Shown one piece after another: positions 18,856 to 27,950 of a DNA stretch of 64,000 nucleotides. Source of the stretch: a virus. The position numbers and the translations under genes are program-made. The notes beneath the pieces were generated by a model. That model did no database searches. It saw only the letters and a list, made by a program, of their open reading frames with translations, and was not told the origin of the DNA. Position 1 is the first letter of the stretch; each line of letters begins with the position of its first letter. Location: the IMG/VR virus record IMGVR_UViG_3300043409_002154, positions 54,664 through 118,663 of that record; one strand, 5' to 3'.

Positions 18856-19929
18856 TTATAAAGGTAATCCTGACACGTATTCTGATGTTAGGTCAACCCA
18901 ACCACCGTTAATACTATATTTCCAAAATTGGTCAATGTTAACATATGATTCATATCCATAATCAGTATTAATAAAAATACCACTAGCAAAAAATATTTCA
19001 AGAGAAGGTCTTGATGATAAAACACTATTTGTTGCCCCAGATAAATTAGTTTTTAAATAATCAAATGCGTTTTCTTTAATTTTATTTGTCGCAAAAACCA
19101 TTCTTTTATTATATATTTGTTCTGTTGTTCCTGTAAACCCTGTTAATGTACTACTAAACGGCCACAAAATATCAATTAATTTATAAAACTCATAATCACC
19201 GGAACCTGAATAAGTACTAAATGTTGGTGTACTAGCACTCCAAGTTGTTAATACCTCACCTATTGCTCCGGCTACGGCTCCACAAGTATTGTCAGTAATA
19301 CTATCTGTTTTATCTTTTCTAAACATTCTACCCGCACGACCATCTATTGTAACACCAATGTGTGGAGTACTTGTAATAAATAAAGTTCCGCCACTTGTAA
19401 TGTGACTAGCCCACGCCCCTAATCCAACAGTCCCAACAAATGGAAACCCAGCTAAACCTCCTGACATAAACGGACCAAGAAATGTGTTCATAGACGTTGG
19501 AAATTGTCCAATATTATCAACACCAGTAAATACAGGTCCATCAACATCATCAGAACATATACCTTCGGCATAAATTATATCATTAGCAGAATAACCTTTA
19601 CTAGTAATAAAACCTTTTGTGTATTCCCCCCAAGATTCAGATAATGTTGAAGATGAATACGATAAACCACCTTCCGGATTAACAACACTTCTAACGGTAG
19701 TTGTGTAACCAGATTGTAATGGCGCAGGTTCTGCCACATTAAAATTATAAATGTAATTATATTCTAATACATTAATATTGTAACTACCATACGGGTATGA
19801 AGTTACGTTATTAAATGGTATTGTTTTGATACCTAAATTTTGTAATGTTCCACCTGACGCTGGTGTAAAGGTAACCGCGGCTGTTTTACCTATTAAATTA
19901 TTACTGATAAATCTTAAACCAATTGACAT
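18856..19929 (-). CDS. LCIB/LCIC-family beta-carbonic-anhydrase-like protein with an N-terminal extension
   Basis: ICSDD, FMSGGLAGFPFVGTVGLGAWASH, PHIGVTIDG..G...R and CGA motifs, giving a Cys/His/Cys zinc ligand set. Confidence 0.78.
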   Translation of the reverse strand: MSIGLRFISNNLIGKTAAVTFTPASGGTLQNLGIKTIPFNNVTSYPYGSYNINVLEYNYIYNFNVAEPAPLQSGYTTTVRSVVNPEGGLSYSSSTLSESWGEYTKGFITSKGYSANDIIYAEGICSDDVDGPVFTGVDNIGQFPTSMNTFLGPFMSGGLAGFPFVGTVGLGAWASHITSGGTLFITSTPHIGVTIDGRAGRMFRKDKTDSITDNTCGAVAGAIGEVLTTWSASTPTFSTYSGSGDYEFYKLIDILWPFSSTLTGFTGTTEQIYNKRMVFATNKIKENAFDYLKTNLSGATNSVLSSRPSLEIFFASGIFINTDYGYESYVNIDQFWKYSINGGWVDLTSEYVSGLPL

Positions 19930-19965
19930 ATTTGTTTTTTTTGTTTTGTTTATAAATATCCGTAA

Positions 19966-20541
19966 TTATAATAAAATTTCTAATCTGATATCATTATTTG
20001 GTATAATGTCATCGTCTAAATTATTATCAGGAATATTATATGAAATTATATCATTATTTGGTATTGCAATATCTGTTAAATCATTTGATGGAATATTTGT
20101 TGGTGTTGGTGTTGGATTAACTGGGTCAACACAACACGGAAAATCTGAAACATAACAAGATGTAAATTCTAAATCGTCAGCAATAAACGAATCTTGTATA
20201 TTAATATACAATTTTTCTCTAGTTGGAGTAATTAAAACACCATCACTATTTCTTAACATGAATTGACCTTCAAACCTTCCCGTTTTACTAGTATCTTTTG
20301 AAGTGAATTGATAATAAATATAATATTCGGGTTCAGCGTTTGGTTCATCAAAAGTTTTTTCGACAAACCCTGCAGGTCTAGATGAAATTTTTGGTATTCC
20401 ACTTTCAATATCGGTCATTGAAAAGAATATCGATGAAACTTCAATTAACTTCATAAAGTTATTGTAATCACTTCTACCGTCTTTAACAATTTGCAATTTT
20501 AATAAGGGTAACGTTGAATTTTTTTTAATTATAAATTCCAT
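19966..20541 (-). CDS. BppU-like (baseplate upper protein N-terminal fold) structural protein with a PT and IPNND repeat tail
   Basis: FIIKKNSTLPLL...YQFTSKDTSKTGRFEGQF pattern; C-terminal PTPTPT. Confidence 0.55.
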   Translation of the reverse strand: MEFIIKKNSTLPLLKLQIVKDGRSDYNNFMKLIEVSSIFFSMTDIESGIPKISSRPAGFVEKTFDEPNAEPEYYIYYQFTSKDTSKTGRFEGQFMLRNSDGVLITPTREKLYINIQDSFIADDLEFTSCYVSDFPCCVDPVNPTPTPTNIPSNDLTDIAIPNNDIISYNIPDNNLDDDIIPNNDIRLEILL

Positions 20542-20631
20542 CTAAATTTTATTTATAAATACCTGAGAAAACAAAAATATTAACATCCGATATTGGATGA
20601 ATTTAATTAAAAAAAAGTAATAAAGATTAAA

Positions 20632-22308
20632 TTAACATTCTTTTCTTAATTCCGCCGCGTAATGATGAAATCTATGATGCTCAGTAGGCGTTAATAATAA
20701 TATTCCGGGTTTTATTAGACCTTTTACTGTTTCTTGATAAGCGTAGGACATTAATGTTTGTTCAAACGGAGATTGGAATTTTGTTTCCAAATAACATCTA
20801 AAATTACCTTCTTTTGTTAAAAGAATTGGCCAATTACATAAATAAATATCACCTGATGCGTATGGTAATCCTTTATGTGATTTAATGTTTTTGAATACCG
20901 TATTAGGAGCATTTGGGTCTAATCCTTGAACAGGTAATTTTGGTTTTTCAGGCCAATTAGTTTCTCTAAATGATTGTGGGGTATTATACCAAGAAAATTG
21001 GATATCGTTAGACCCATAAAATTCAGTAAAGTTTAATTTTAAAAAATCAAAATTTTCTTTCTTTAAAATCTCTAATGATTTTTGATATAGGTTAGGAACA
21101 TATCTATTGAAACCATTTCTACAAACCTCACCTTTTTTTGAATAAAACTCCATGTCATCCTCGTAAAAATAATAGGCTGATAAATCTGTTGTATCAAAAT
21201 GTTCAGCAATATAAACTCGGCCTCTAACAATACCAAGATTTTCACCAGTACCAATCCTTTCAAACCCATATTCCTCACAAAGTTCTTGGTATCTTGGGGT
21301 TGTTGTTAAATCAGTAGAATTATCCAGTAAAAATTTTCTAGGTTTAAGTATAAAATCTTTATCGTATTCTAACATTGATTTAACCAATGTCTCAAATTGA
21401 TTTGGGCTATTAAAGGTAATAACATAAAGACCTACTTTATTTACGTCTAAATTATTATTAAGTAATATTTTACCTTCTGACTTAACTTTTAATTCATCGT
21501 TTTTTAAATCTTCAAAAAACTTACCAATTAATCCGTTTTGTTCAATTTCAAAATAATTTATTATGTCTGGATGTTTATAACACATAATAGAAAAAAGACT
21601 TTCTTCAGTTCCCATGTACCCTTCATCTAATGTTGACGATAATAATCCATAATAAATTGAATTAATGTCTGATATAGTATGTTTAGGACCACCAAAAAAT
21701 CCACCTCTAGCGACTTTATCAACTTTATTACCGGCAATTGAATTTAATTTATTAAAATCAAATCCGTGAATTTCTGTTTCCGCTTGATATGGAAAAGTTA
21801 TAAAAGAAAATTTTGAAATATACTTAGAAAGTTTATTTAAAACCTTATCATGTGTAAAGTAACCAGGGTGAACAGTATTTGTTAAACCGGCATCAATCCA
21901 AAACATGTATTCGGAATCAAATTTGTCTAAAATTTTAGCGTCATGAATTAAAAATATTTTACTCATGACTAATGGATTGTACATTTCTAATTTAGCTTGA
22001 GTAGACTCACCTAACCAACCCGCTTTATTGTACCAATCAGGGTTTGTTCTAATAGTTTGTATTTTATCAAAATAATTGTTTGATTTAAACCAAGACACAT
22101 CTCTTAAAATAAATTGAGTGTTTGATGGTGAACGTCTTTCCGATACAAATTTTTCTAATTCAGAATCCCCAAAAATTATTAAATTATTATCAATTTTTAA
22201 TAATTGGTCAAACTTTTCTAAATAATGTGAAAATGTTCTAGACCAACCTTCAGTAAGTTCATCTCTTTTAATATTCCAAAGACCTGTAACTAATGTAATA
22301 TTATCCAT
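20632..22308 (-). CDS. HtrL/YibB-like glycosyltransferase fused to a second GT-A-like domain
   Basis: ITLVTGLWNI, SKIFLI, FWIDAG, GGFFGG and GTEE motifs. The second domain has LYVITFN, LLDNS and FYEDD. Confidence 0.7.
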   Translation of the reverse strand: MDNITLVTGLWNIKRDELTEGWSRTFSHYLEKFDQLLKIDNNLIIFGDSELEKFVSERRSPSNTQFILRDVSWFKSNNYFDKIQTIRTNPDWYNKAGWLGESTQAKLEMYNPLVMSKIFLIHDAKILDKFDSEYMFWIDAGLTNTVHPGYFTHDKVLNKLSKYISKFSFITFPYQAETEIHGFDFNKLNSIAGNKVDKVARGGFFGGPKHTISDINSIYYGLLSSTLDEGYMGTEESLFSIMCYKHPDIINYFEIEQNGLIGKFFEDLKNDELKVKSEGKILLNNNLDVNKVGLYVITFNSPNQFETLVKSMLEYDKDFILKPRKFLLDNSTDLTTTPRYQELCEEYGFERIGTGENLGIVRGRVYIAEHFDTTDLSAYYFYEDDMEFYSKKGEVCRNGFNRYVPNLYQKSLEILKKENFDFLKLNFTEFYGSNDIQFSWYNTPQSFRETNWPEKPKLPVQGLDPNAPNTVFKNIKSHKGLPYASGDIYLCNWPILLTKEGNFRCYLETKFQSPFEQTLMSYAYQETVKGLIKPGILLLTPTEHHRFHHYAAELRKEC

Positions 22309-22310
22309 AA

Positions 22311-22937
22311 TTATTTTAATTTACAAACCCAAACCGCTTGAGAAAATTTATTTTGATTATATGACTTAAGATTATTTTCAATCACAGATTGTTCAATATC
22401 TGACTCAGTAATTTCACACCAGTTCCAGATTTTATCTTTAATCTCGGTTTCATAAACTTCTTTACTAAACGAATAATCATGGGCTAAAATATAATCGCCT
22501 TCTTTAATTAATTTTGAAAATATTTTAAACTCACCAATTTTCCAACCTCCATCACAAAGAACAATTGTAACACCGTCTTGTTTTACAAAATCAACAACCT
22601 CTTGTTTAACACCACTCCAATCCTCATTAAAGATATTTTCAACTCTAACATCAATCCCTTTTTCAATCATTTGGTGGTACCAGGGTCTTTCAGAAATGTC
22701 ATAAGACAAAATCTTGGTATTTAATTCTAATTCATCAGTAATAATTTTTAAAAATTCTGTAAACCCTCCTAAAGCAGTTCCAATTTCTAAAATTCTATTT
22801 GGTTTAACTTCCGAAATAAAATCATAAAAAACTTGGTAAGCGTTATGACTTTGTTGTGCCGTATGTCCTTTAAATGCGGACAAACTATCGTTTTGTTCAA
22901 GGTTAGTAAATCTTGTTATATTTTCTTGTATATTCAT
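22311..22937 (-). CDS. Class I SAM methyltransferase (CmcI/Methyltransf_24-like)
   Basis: ILEIGTALGG, SYDI, LCDGG and AHDY motifs. Confidence 0.75.
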   Translation of the reverse strand: MNIQENITRFTNLEQNDSLSAFKGHTAQQSHNAYQVFYDFISEVKPNRILEIGTALGGFTEFLKIITDELELNTKILSYDISERPWYHQMIEKGIDVRVENIFNEDWSGVKQEVVDFVKQDGVTIVLCDGGWKIGEFKIFSKLIKEGDYILAHDYSFSKEVYETEIKDKIWNWCEITESDIEQSVIENNLKSYNQNKFSQAVWVCKLK

Positions 22938-22939
22938 AA

Positions 22940-23653
22940 TTAAAATCTTATATGTAAATTTCCTGATTTATCGTGGAATTCAAAACAGTTTGGAATAAAC
23001 CCCCTAAAACTGTTCCAATCCCAATTCATTTCGGCCTCTAAAGCCGATACTCCAATGTCAAACCCATCTGGGTAATTTCTAATATTATTATGTATTGAAT
23101 ACCATAAAAATTCTTCCCATCTTCTAACAAAATATCTAAATTTCCAATTGTTTCTGAATACCATAAATTGTTCATTTACAACGTGAGCTTCATCCCATTT
23201 TGTATGTTCAAACACATGATAATCATATAACTTTCTATCAAAAAAACAATCATTCATATTTTTTTTATGGTCGCCTACTTTTGATGGTCGTTCAAATAAA
23301 AAATCTAAATTATTTTTTTCCATATGATTAAATAAATTAAATAATTTATCTTCACTGAAATTATCTATCATTCTCCAATCGGCATCATTGTAAATAATAT
23401 AATCATATCCTTTATCTAAACAATATTTCAAGGATAAAACTTTTAAATTTAAAAAAAATGAAAACCCTGGATTTCCGTCATCATATCGGTCAAGTTTAAA
23501 AAGGTCTAAATTTACTTTTGGGCCCGCTTCGCAAATTTCATTAGTGGTAATGTTAAAATCTGCGGAACATTTTTCACTGTATTTAGTATAACATTCTGAG
23601 GCATTCTTTACATATGACTCTCCAACTGCTAGTGTGGTAAAAATATATTTCAT
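22940..23653 (-). CDS. GT-A fold glycosyltransferase-like protein
   Basis: TTLAVGESY, NLKVL and a YNDAD DxD motif. Confidence 0.6.
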   Translation of the reverse strand: MKYIFTTLAVGESYVKNASECYTKYSEKCSADFNITTNEICEAGPKVNLDLFKLDRYDDGNPGFSFFLNLKVLSLKYCLDKGYDYIIYNDADWRMIDNFSEDKLFNLFNHMEKNNLDFLFERPSKVGDHKKNMNDCFFDRKLYDYHVFEHTKWDEAHVVNEQFMVFRNNWKFRYFVRRWEEFLWYSIHNNIRNYPDGFDIGVSALEAEMNWDWNSFRGFIPNCFEFHDKSGNLHIRF

Positions 23654-24636
23654 TAGGTTTCAATAATTTTTTCTAAAAAATTTAGTGTGTAATCAAAGTC
23701 ATAATAATCAGGTAATTTGTTGTCTACAAAAATTGGAGATTCAATATACTTTCTATATAATGTTTCGTTATTATCAATTTCTTTAACTAAAGATAAAAAG
23801 TCATTTAAATCAGTAAAGTCATGTAAATTAATAAAACTTTCAGGATTAAAACCTTCTTCTAAAATATGTTGATTACCAAAAAATATTGGAATGGCCCCAC
23901 TAAAGAACGCATGATATATTTTTTCTTGTAAAATATAATCTGTGTTTGTATAATGAATTGACATGTTAAACTTGTATTTTTGAAACAGACCTATCTTTTC
24001 TCTATAAGTCAAACCATCAATTCTACCAAGATACAAGTGATTTTGCCATTGGTACTTATTTAATGTCTCGTCACCATATAGTGTTTGTCTCCAAGGACCT
24101 GACGAACTAACCATTTTATATTCAGATAATTTATCAAAAACTTTGCTCCTAAAATCATTATTTGATGCTTGAGTTATTGAACAAAAACCTGTATTTCTTT
24201 TTGATATTACATTAAAATTTCTTTTTTCTGTTAACCAATTTAAAGGACTATCAACCAATCTTGATTCATCATACAAAGTCCAAACATCAAAAACACCAGA
24301 TGGTTGTCTTAAGTATTTGGCATGTTCAAATTTATTATAACCTAGAGCCCATTGATTTTCATTTGCCAAAATTGGACTTCTAAAATCAGCAACTTCACCT
24401 GAAACATATAAAAATTTTTTATTTTTATCTGATTGATTATGGTTTGTTGGTAATTTACCTGTATACGTATCAATTTGATTTTCATTATAATTTAAATCAG
24501 AATGGATTACAATATCAGGATTTATTGGGTCAATAATTACATTATATTTTTTTGATAAAATAAATTTAAAATAATTCATCCAACTATGTTGACCAACATT
24601 TGGAAATCCTTGTCTAGTTATTCTAATTGTTTTCAT
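23653..24636 (-). CDS. GT10 alpha-1,3-fucosyltransferase-like protein
   Basis: YVSGE, KYKFNMSI, YILQEKIYHAFFSGAIPIFFG and FNPESFIN motifs. Confidence 0.8.
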   Translation of the reverse strand: MKTIRITRQGFPNVGQHSWMNYFKFILSKKYNVIIDPINPDIVIHSDLNYNENQIDTYTGKLPTNHNQSDKNKKFLYVSGEVADFRSPILANENQWALGYNKFEHAKYLRQPSGVFDVWTLYDESRLVDSPLNWLTEKRNFNVISKRNTGFCSITQASNNDFRSKVFDKLSEYKMVSSSGPWRQTLYGDETLNKYQWQNHLYLGRIDGLTYREKIGLFQKYKFNMSIHYTNTDYILQEKIYHAFFSGAIPIFFGNQHILEEGFNPESFINLHDFTDLNDFLSLVKEIDNNETLYRKYIESPIFVDNKLPDYYDFDYTLNFLEKIIET

Positions 24637-25327
24637 TTAAAATTTGGGTCAATTTAAGAGTGTTATCAGTATATGGTCCATTATCATGTATAATATACGC
24701 TTCCAAATTTAAAAGTGAAACTTCCTTACCTATTATCTTAACACAATTTTTTGTGTCTAATGTGCTAAAAAAGAAATCACGTTCTTGGTCAATAATAATA
24801 TCGTCATTAAGTAGATATTGAATTGTCCATCTACCTTGGTCATCAATACCTGTCTGGTATTCTTTTTCAATAATATCTTTTAAGTGAGATACGATTTTAT
24901 CGGTGTATCCAAAATAAGTACCAGAATTTAAATACTTACTATCATTAATGGCTCGTTTGTTATCATATAGATGAGTATAGTTTGTTGGTGGCCATAAACC
25001 TTTTTCCGCGCCCATAATAAGACTACAATTTAAAGATTTAAACTTTTCTATAATACCCTCAGGAGATTTAATAAAATTGGTGTCTGTAGCATCTAAAAAT
25101 AGAATATAATCATATTTCCCAACAATATGAGATTCAATATATTCTAAAACTTTTACTGTTTTATAAAAGTATAATTTATCATAATAAGAACCGTTTGTTA
25201 TTAATCCCGAATGTCTAACAATATGAATATCTTCAGGTGAAAAATACTTTAAAGCGTTCTTATAAAAAGATGGTTCATAATGTTCGGGGTAATCAAACAA
25301 AGAAGTTATTAAAGCAACATTTTTCAT
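24623..25327 (-). CDS. PLOD/LH3-type glycosyltransferase domain protein
   Basis: LFLDATD, GAEKGLWP, YLNSGTYFG, DDQ and IIHDNG match the GT domain of procollagen lysyl hydroxylases. Likely ATG at 25327. Confidence 0.72.
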   Translation of the reverse strand: MKNVALITSLFDYPEHYEPSFYKNALKYFSPEDIHIVRHSGLITNGSYYDKLYFYKTVKVLEYIESHIVGKYDYILFLDATDTNFIKSPEGIIEKFKSLNCSLIMGAEKGLWPPTNYTHLYDNKRAINDSKYLNSGTYFGYTDKIVSHLKDIIEKEYQTGIDDQGRWTIQYLLNDDIIIDQERDFFFSTLDTKNCVKIIGKEVSLLNLEAYIIHDNGPYTDNTLKLTQILNENN

Positions 25328-25328
25328 A

Positions 25329-25967
25329 TTAATTAGTTGATAAGTCTTTATAAAATTCATTTATTAAATCCGCGTCACTATAAAATATTTTATCTTCCGC
25401 AAAAAATTTATAAGGTATTTCGTTTTCCCAAAATATAATAAGTTCTTTACCTAATGAATTTTTTAATAATTCATTTGATTCTTCACAAACTTCAATAAAT
25501 GAAAATTTTGGATAAATGCAGATTTTATTATCTTTCACATCAATTATTTGTTTATGGTGAGCATTACCTCTATATTTGTTATTCCACAAAAAAGAAAATT
25601 CGTCAAATTTAGAAGGGATTGCGATATAACCTTTATTAGATATTTTTGGTAATAAATCTAACAATTGAATTGGGGTTATAACGTCTTCTAAAGTATGAGA
25701 ACAAATACTATAGTCAAATTTACCATTTTGTTCTACATAATTTAATAATTCAGACCAAGTATTTTTATTTTGAATATTAAAATCAAAAAATTTTACGTCT
25801 TCTTTTTCAATTTTAACAATATCAGCAACAAATTTACATTCGGGGTACGACCAAAATTGTAAAGACGCTCCAATATCAATTGTTTTATATCCATTATCTG
25901 AAATTATTTTTTTTACGTCACCGATTAAGTCTTTAACCGAATTATTATATTGCCAATGTGTTATCAT
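25329..25967 (-). CDS. SAM-dependent methyltransferase
   Basis: IDIGAS and FDYSICSHTLED motifs. Confidence 0.7.
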   Translation of the reverse strand: MITHWQYNNSVKDLIGDVKKIISDNGYKTIDIGASLQFWSYPECKFVADIVKIEKEDVKFFDFNIQNKNTWSELLNYVEQNGKFDYSICSHTLEDVITPIQLLDLLPKISNKGYIAIPSKFDEFSFLWNNKYRGNAHHKQIIDVKDNKICIYPKFSFIEVCEESNELLKNSLGKELIIFWENEIPYKFFAEDKIFYSDADLINEFYKDLSTN

Positions 25968-26574
25968 ATTTTTTATTTAAGAAAAGTATATCTTGTTGAA
26001 TTAAGTTGTAAGTCAAAGGGTGATTTATGTTACCAATAAGTTCAACAGGTTTAAAACCTATTTTATCCATATAATCATAAACAAATTCCTTTGTAGGGGC
26101 GTTTTTATTGTATTCAATTAAAGATATTTCCATTAAAATACCTTTAGATTCTTTAATAATTTCTAATCCCCCGTTTATAATATCAATTTCTGAACCTTGA
26201 ACATCAATCTTAATTAAATCAAATGTTTGTTTATTTAAAATTTTTGAAAGTATTTGTGTTTGTTTTTTTTCTATAAGAATTTGGTCGTCATCATAAAAAG
26301 AGGTATTTTCACGATAAATTGAATTACCAGTACATCTTGGTTCATTTTTTCTAATATAAAAATCAACTTCTTTTTCATAATCACTTAATAAACAGATTGA
26401 ATAATCAACATTTAAAATTTCCAATGCCGGTTCGCAATTTTCACTACCTTCTATTAAGTAATAATAAGCGTTGGGGAATATCAATTTACATTCATTATAA
26501 AATTGGCCAACATTTGCGCCAATATCTAAAATTGAATTAGGGGTAAAATATTTTGTTATTAAATTTAAATTCAT
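25945..26574 (-). CDS. FkbM-family methyltransferase
   Basis: LDIGANVGQF and LIKIDVQGSE motifs. Confidence 0.88.
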   Translation of the reverse strand: MNLNLITKYFTPNSILDIGANVGQFYNECKLIFPNAYYYLIEGSENCEPALEILNVDYSICLLSDYEKEVDFYIRKNEPRCTGNSIYRENTSFYDDDQILIEKKQTQILSKILNKQTFDLIKIDVQGSEIDIINGGLEIIKESKGILMEISLIEYNKNAPTKEFVYDYMDKIGFKPVELIGNINHPLTYNLIQQDILFLNKKYDNTLAI

Positions 26575-26577
26575 TTT

Positions 26578-27828
26578 TTATAAATTACCTGTTATTCTGT
26601 CACACCACCCTTTTGATTCTGAATGAGGCCAAACTACCCAATATTTTGGTTTTTGAGTTGTTGGAAACTCTCTCCATACTTTACAGTAATTATCTGGGTC
26701 GTTCATCATACGTTTAATTTCATTTATATCGGCATCTTTTCTAAAAATTGTTTCGTCTTTTTCAGTATGAAAAGCAACAACCCAAAAGTCATAATCTTTT
26801 TCAGGGACTTGATGAAATCCAATATCTATACAATGTTTAAAAATACTTGAAAAACTATTAATCCACTCTTCTTCTGTTTCGTAAATAGTTGGGTTTGGTG
26901 GGTAATTTTTATCTAACGTGTGTTGTTGTACCGCTCTTTTTGAAAATAATAAACCTGAATAAATTTCATAATCTTTTAAACTTCTTTCAGTCCCAAATCC
27001 ATATTTACTAAAATCCATTGTAATTTCTTCACCATCCATACCAAAAAGTTGTCTGTTTTTTTTATGTGATGTACTATTTTTTATCCCCCATTCTTTATCA
27101 TCGTCCCATTGTTTTGTTCTTCCTTTTCTTGTGTATTCATGCCAAATAGCAACTTTATGTGGGTGAAATAAATCGTATCCGTGAGTAAAAGCTCTAACGG
27201 CAATTGAAATTTCTTCTCCATGAAAATAAAATTCTGGGTCATGTTGTACTTCCACAGAAAATTTTCCTAATGTGAAACAGAAATGAGCCGAATAAAATCT
27301 AGCAGGTACTGGTTCTTTTAAATCTTGCCATCCTGGGATTGATTCTGGTAAGAAAAACACCGCTCCTTCTGGAATAAATCTATCAAACGCCATTCTCCAA
27401 GGTTCTCTAACTCTTTGTTCAGGGTCATTTTCAGGGTTAAAAGATGAAACATATCCAGTTAAAAGAGGTTTTTCAAACCCTTTTTTTTGTAATTGTTTAA
27501 TCATTTTAATAAAAGTTTCGTCCCAATTTTTTTCAAATCTCATATGAGAATCGATTTGTAATGTATATTCTTCACCACCATAAAGTTGTTGAACTTGATT
27601 TCTTGCCCAACATACCCCTTTTGATTCGGAATATAATACATCCGTAACTCTAAATCTTTTATCGTTTTTATATTCATCTAACACATCAAATTTATCATCC
27701 GGATGATATTGCCTACAAATACCAATAATTAATTTTTTTGGATTTTTGGCATTTTCAATCATACTTTTTAAAGTAGGAATTAATTGAGGGTCTCTATAAG
27801 ACGCAATTTGGACAAAGATGTTATTCAT
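26578..27828 (-). CDS. GT60-like (hydroxyproline/polypeptide) alpha-N-acetylglucosaminyltransferase
   Basis: IFVQIASYRD, GVCWAR, QIDSHMRFEKNWD and FHGEEI.IAVRAFTHGYD match the Skp1 Gnt1/GlcNAc family. Confidence 0.85.
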   Translation of the reverse strand: MNNIFVQIASYRDPQLIPTLKSMIENAKNPKKLIIGICRQYHPDDKFDVLDEYKNDKRFRVTDVLYSESKGVCWARNQVQQLYGGEEYTLQIDSHMRFEKNWDETFIKMIKQLQKKGFEKPLLTGYVSSFNPENDPEQRVREPWRMAFDRFIPEGAVFFLPESIPGWQDLKEPVPARFYSAHFCFTLGKFSVEVQHDPEFYFHGEEISIAVRAFTHGYDLFHPHKVAIWHEYTRKGRTKQWDDDKEWGIKNSTSHKKNRQLFGMDGEEITMDFSKYGFGTERSLKDYEIYSGLLFSKRAVQQHTLDKNYPPNPTIYETEEEWINSFSSIFKHCIDIGFHQVPEKDYDFWVVAFHTEKDETIFRKDADINEIKRMMNDPDNYCKVWREFPTTQKPKYWVVWPHSESKGWCDRITGNL

Positions 27829-27950
27829 GTTTAATAATTTTATAAAAATAATAACTAAAAATAGAATAATGTGTACATTTTTAAAAAATTATTTTGAGAT
27901 AATTTGGTTATAAAAATAACCATTAATTTGACTAAAGGTGTTGAGGTAGG

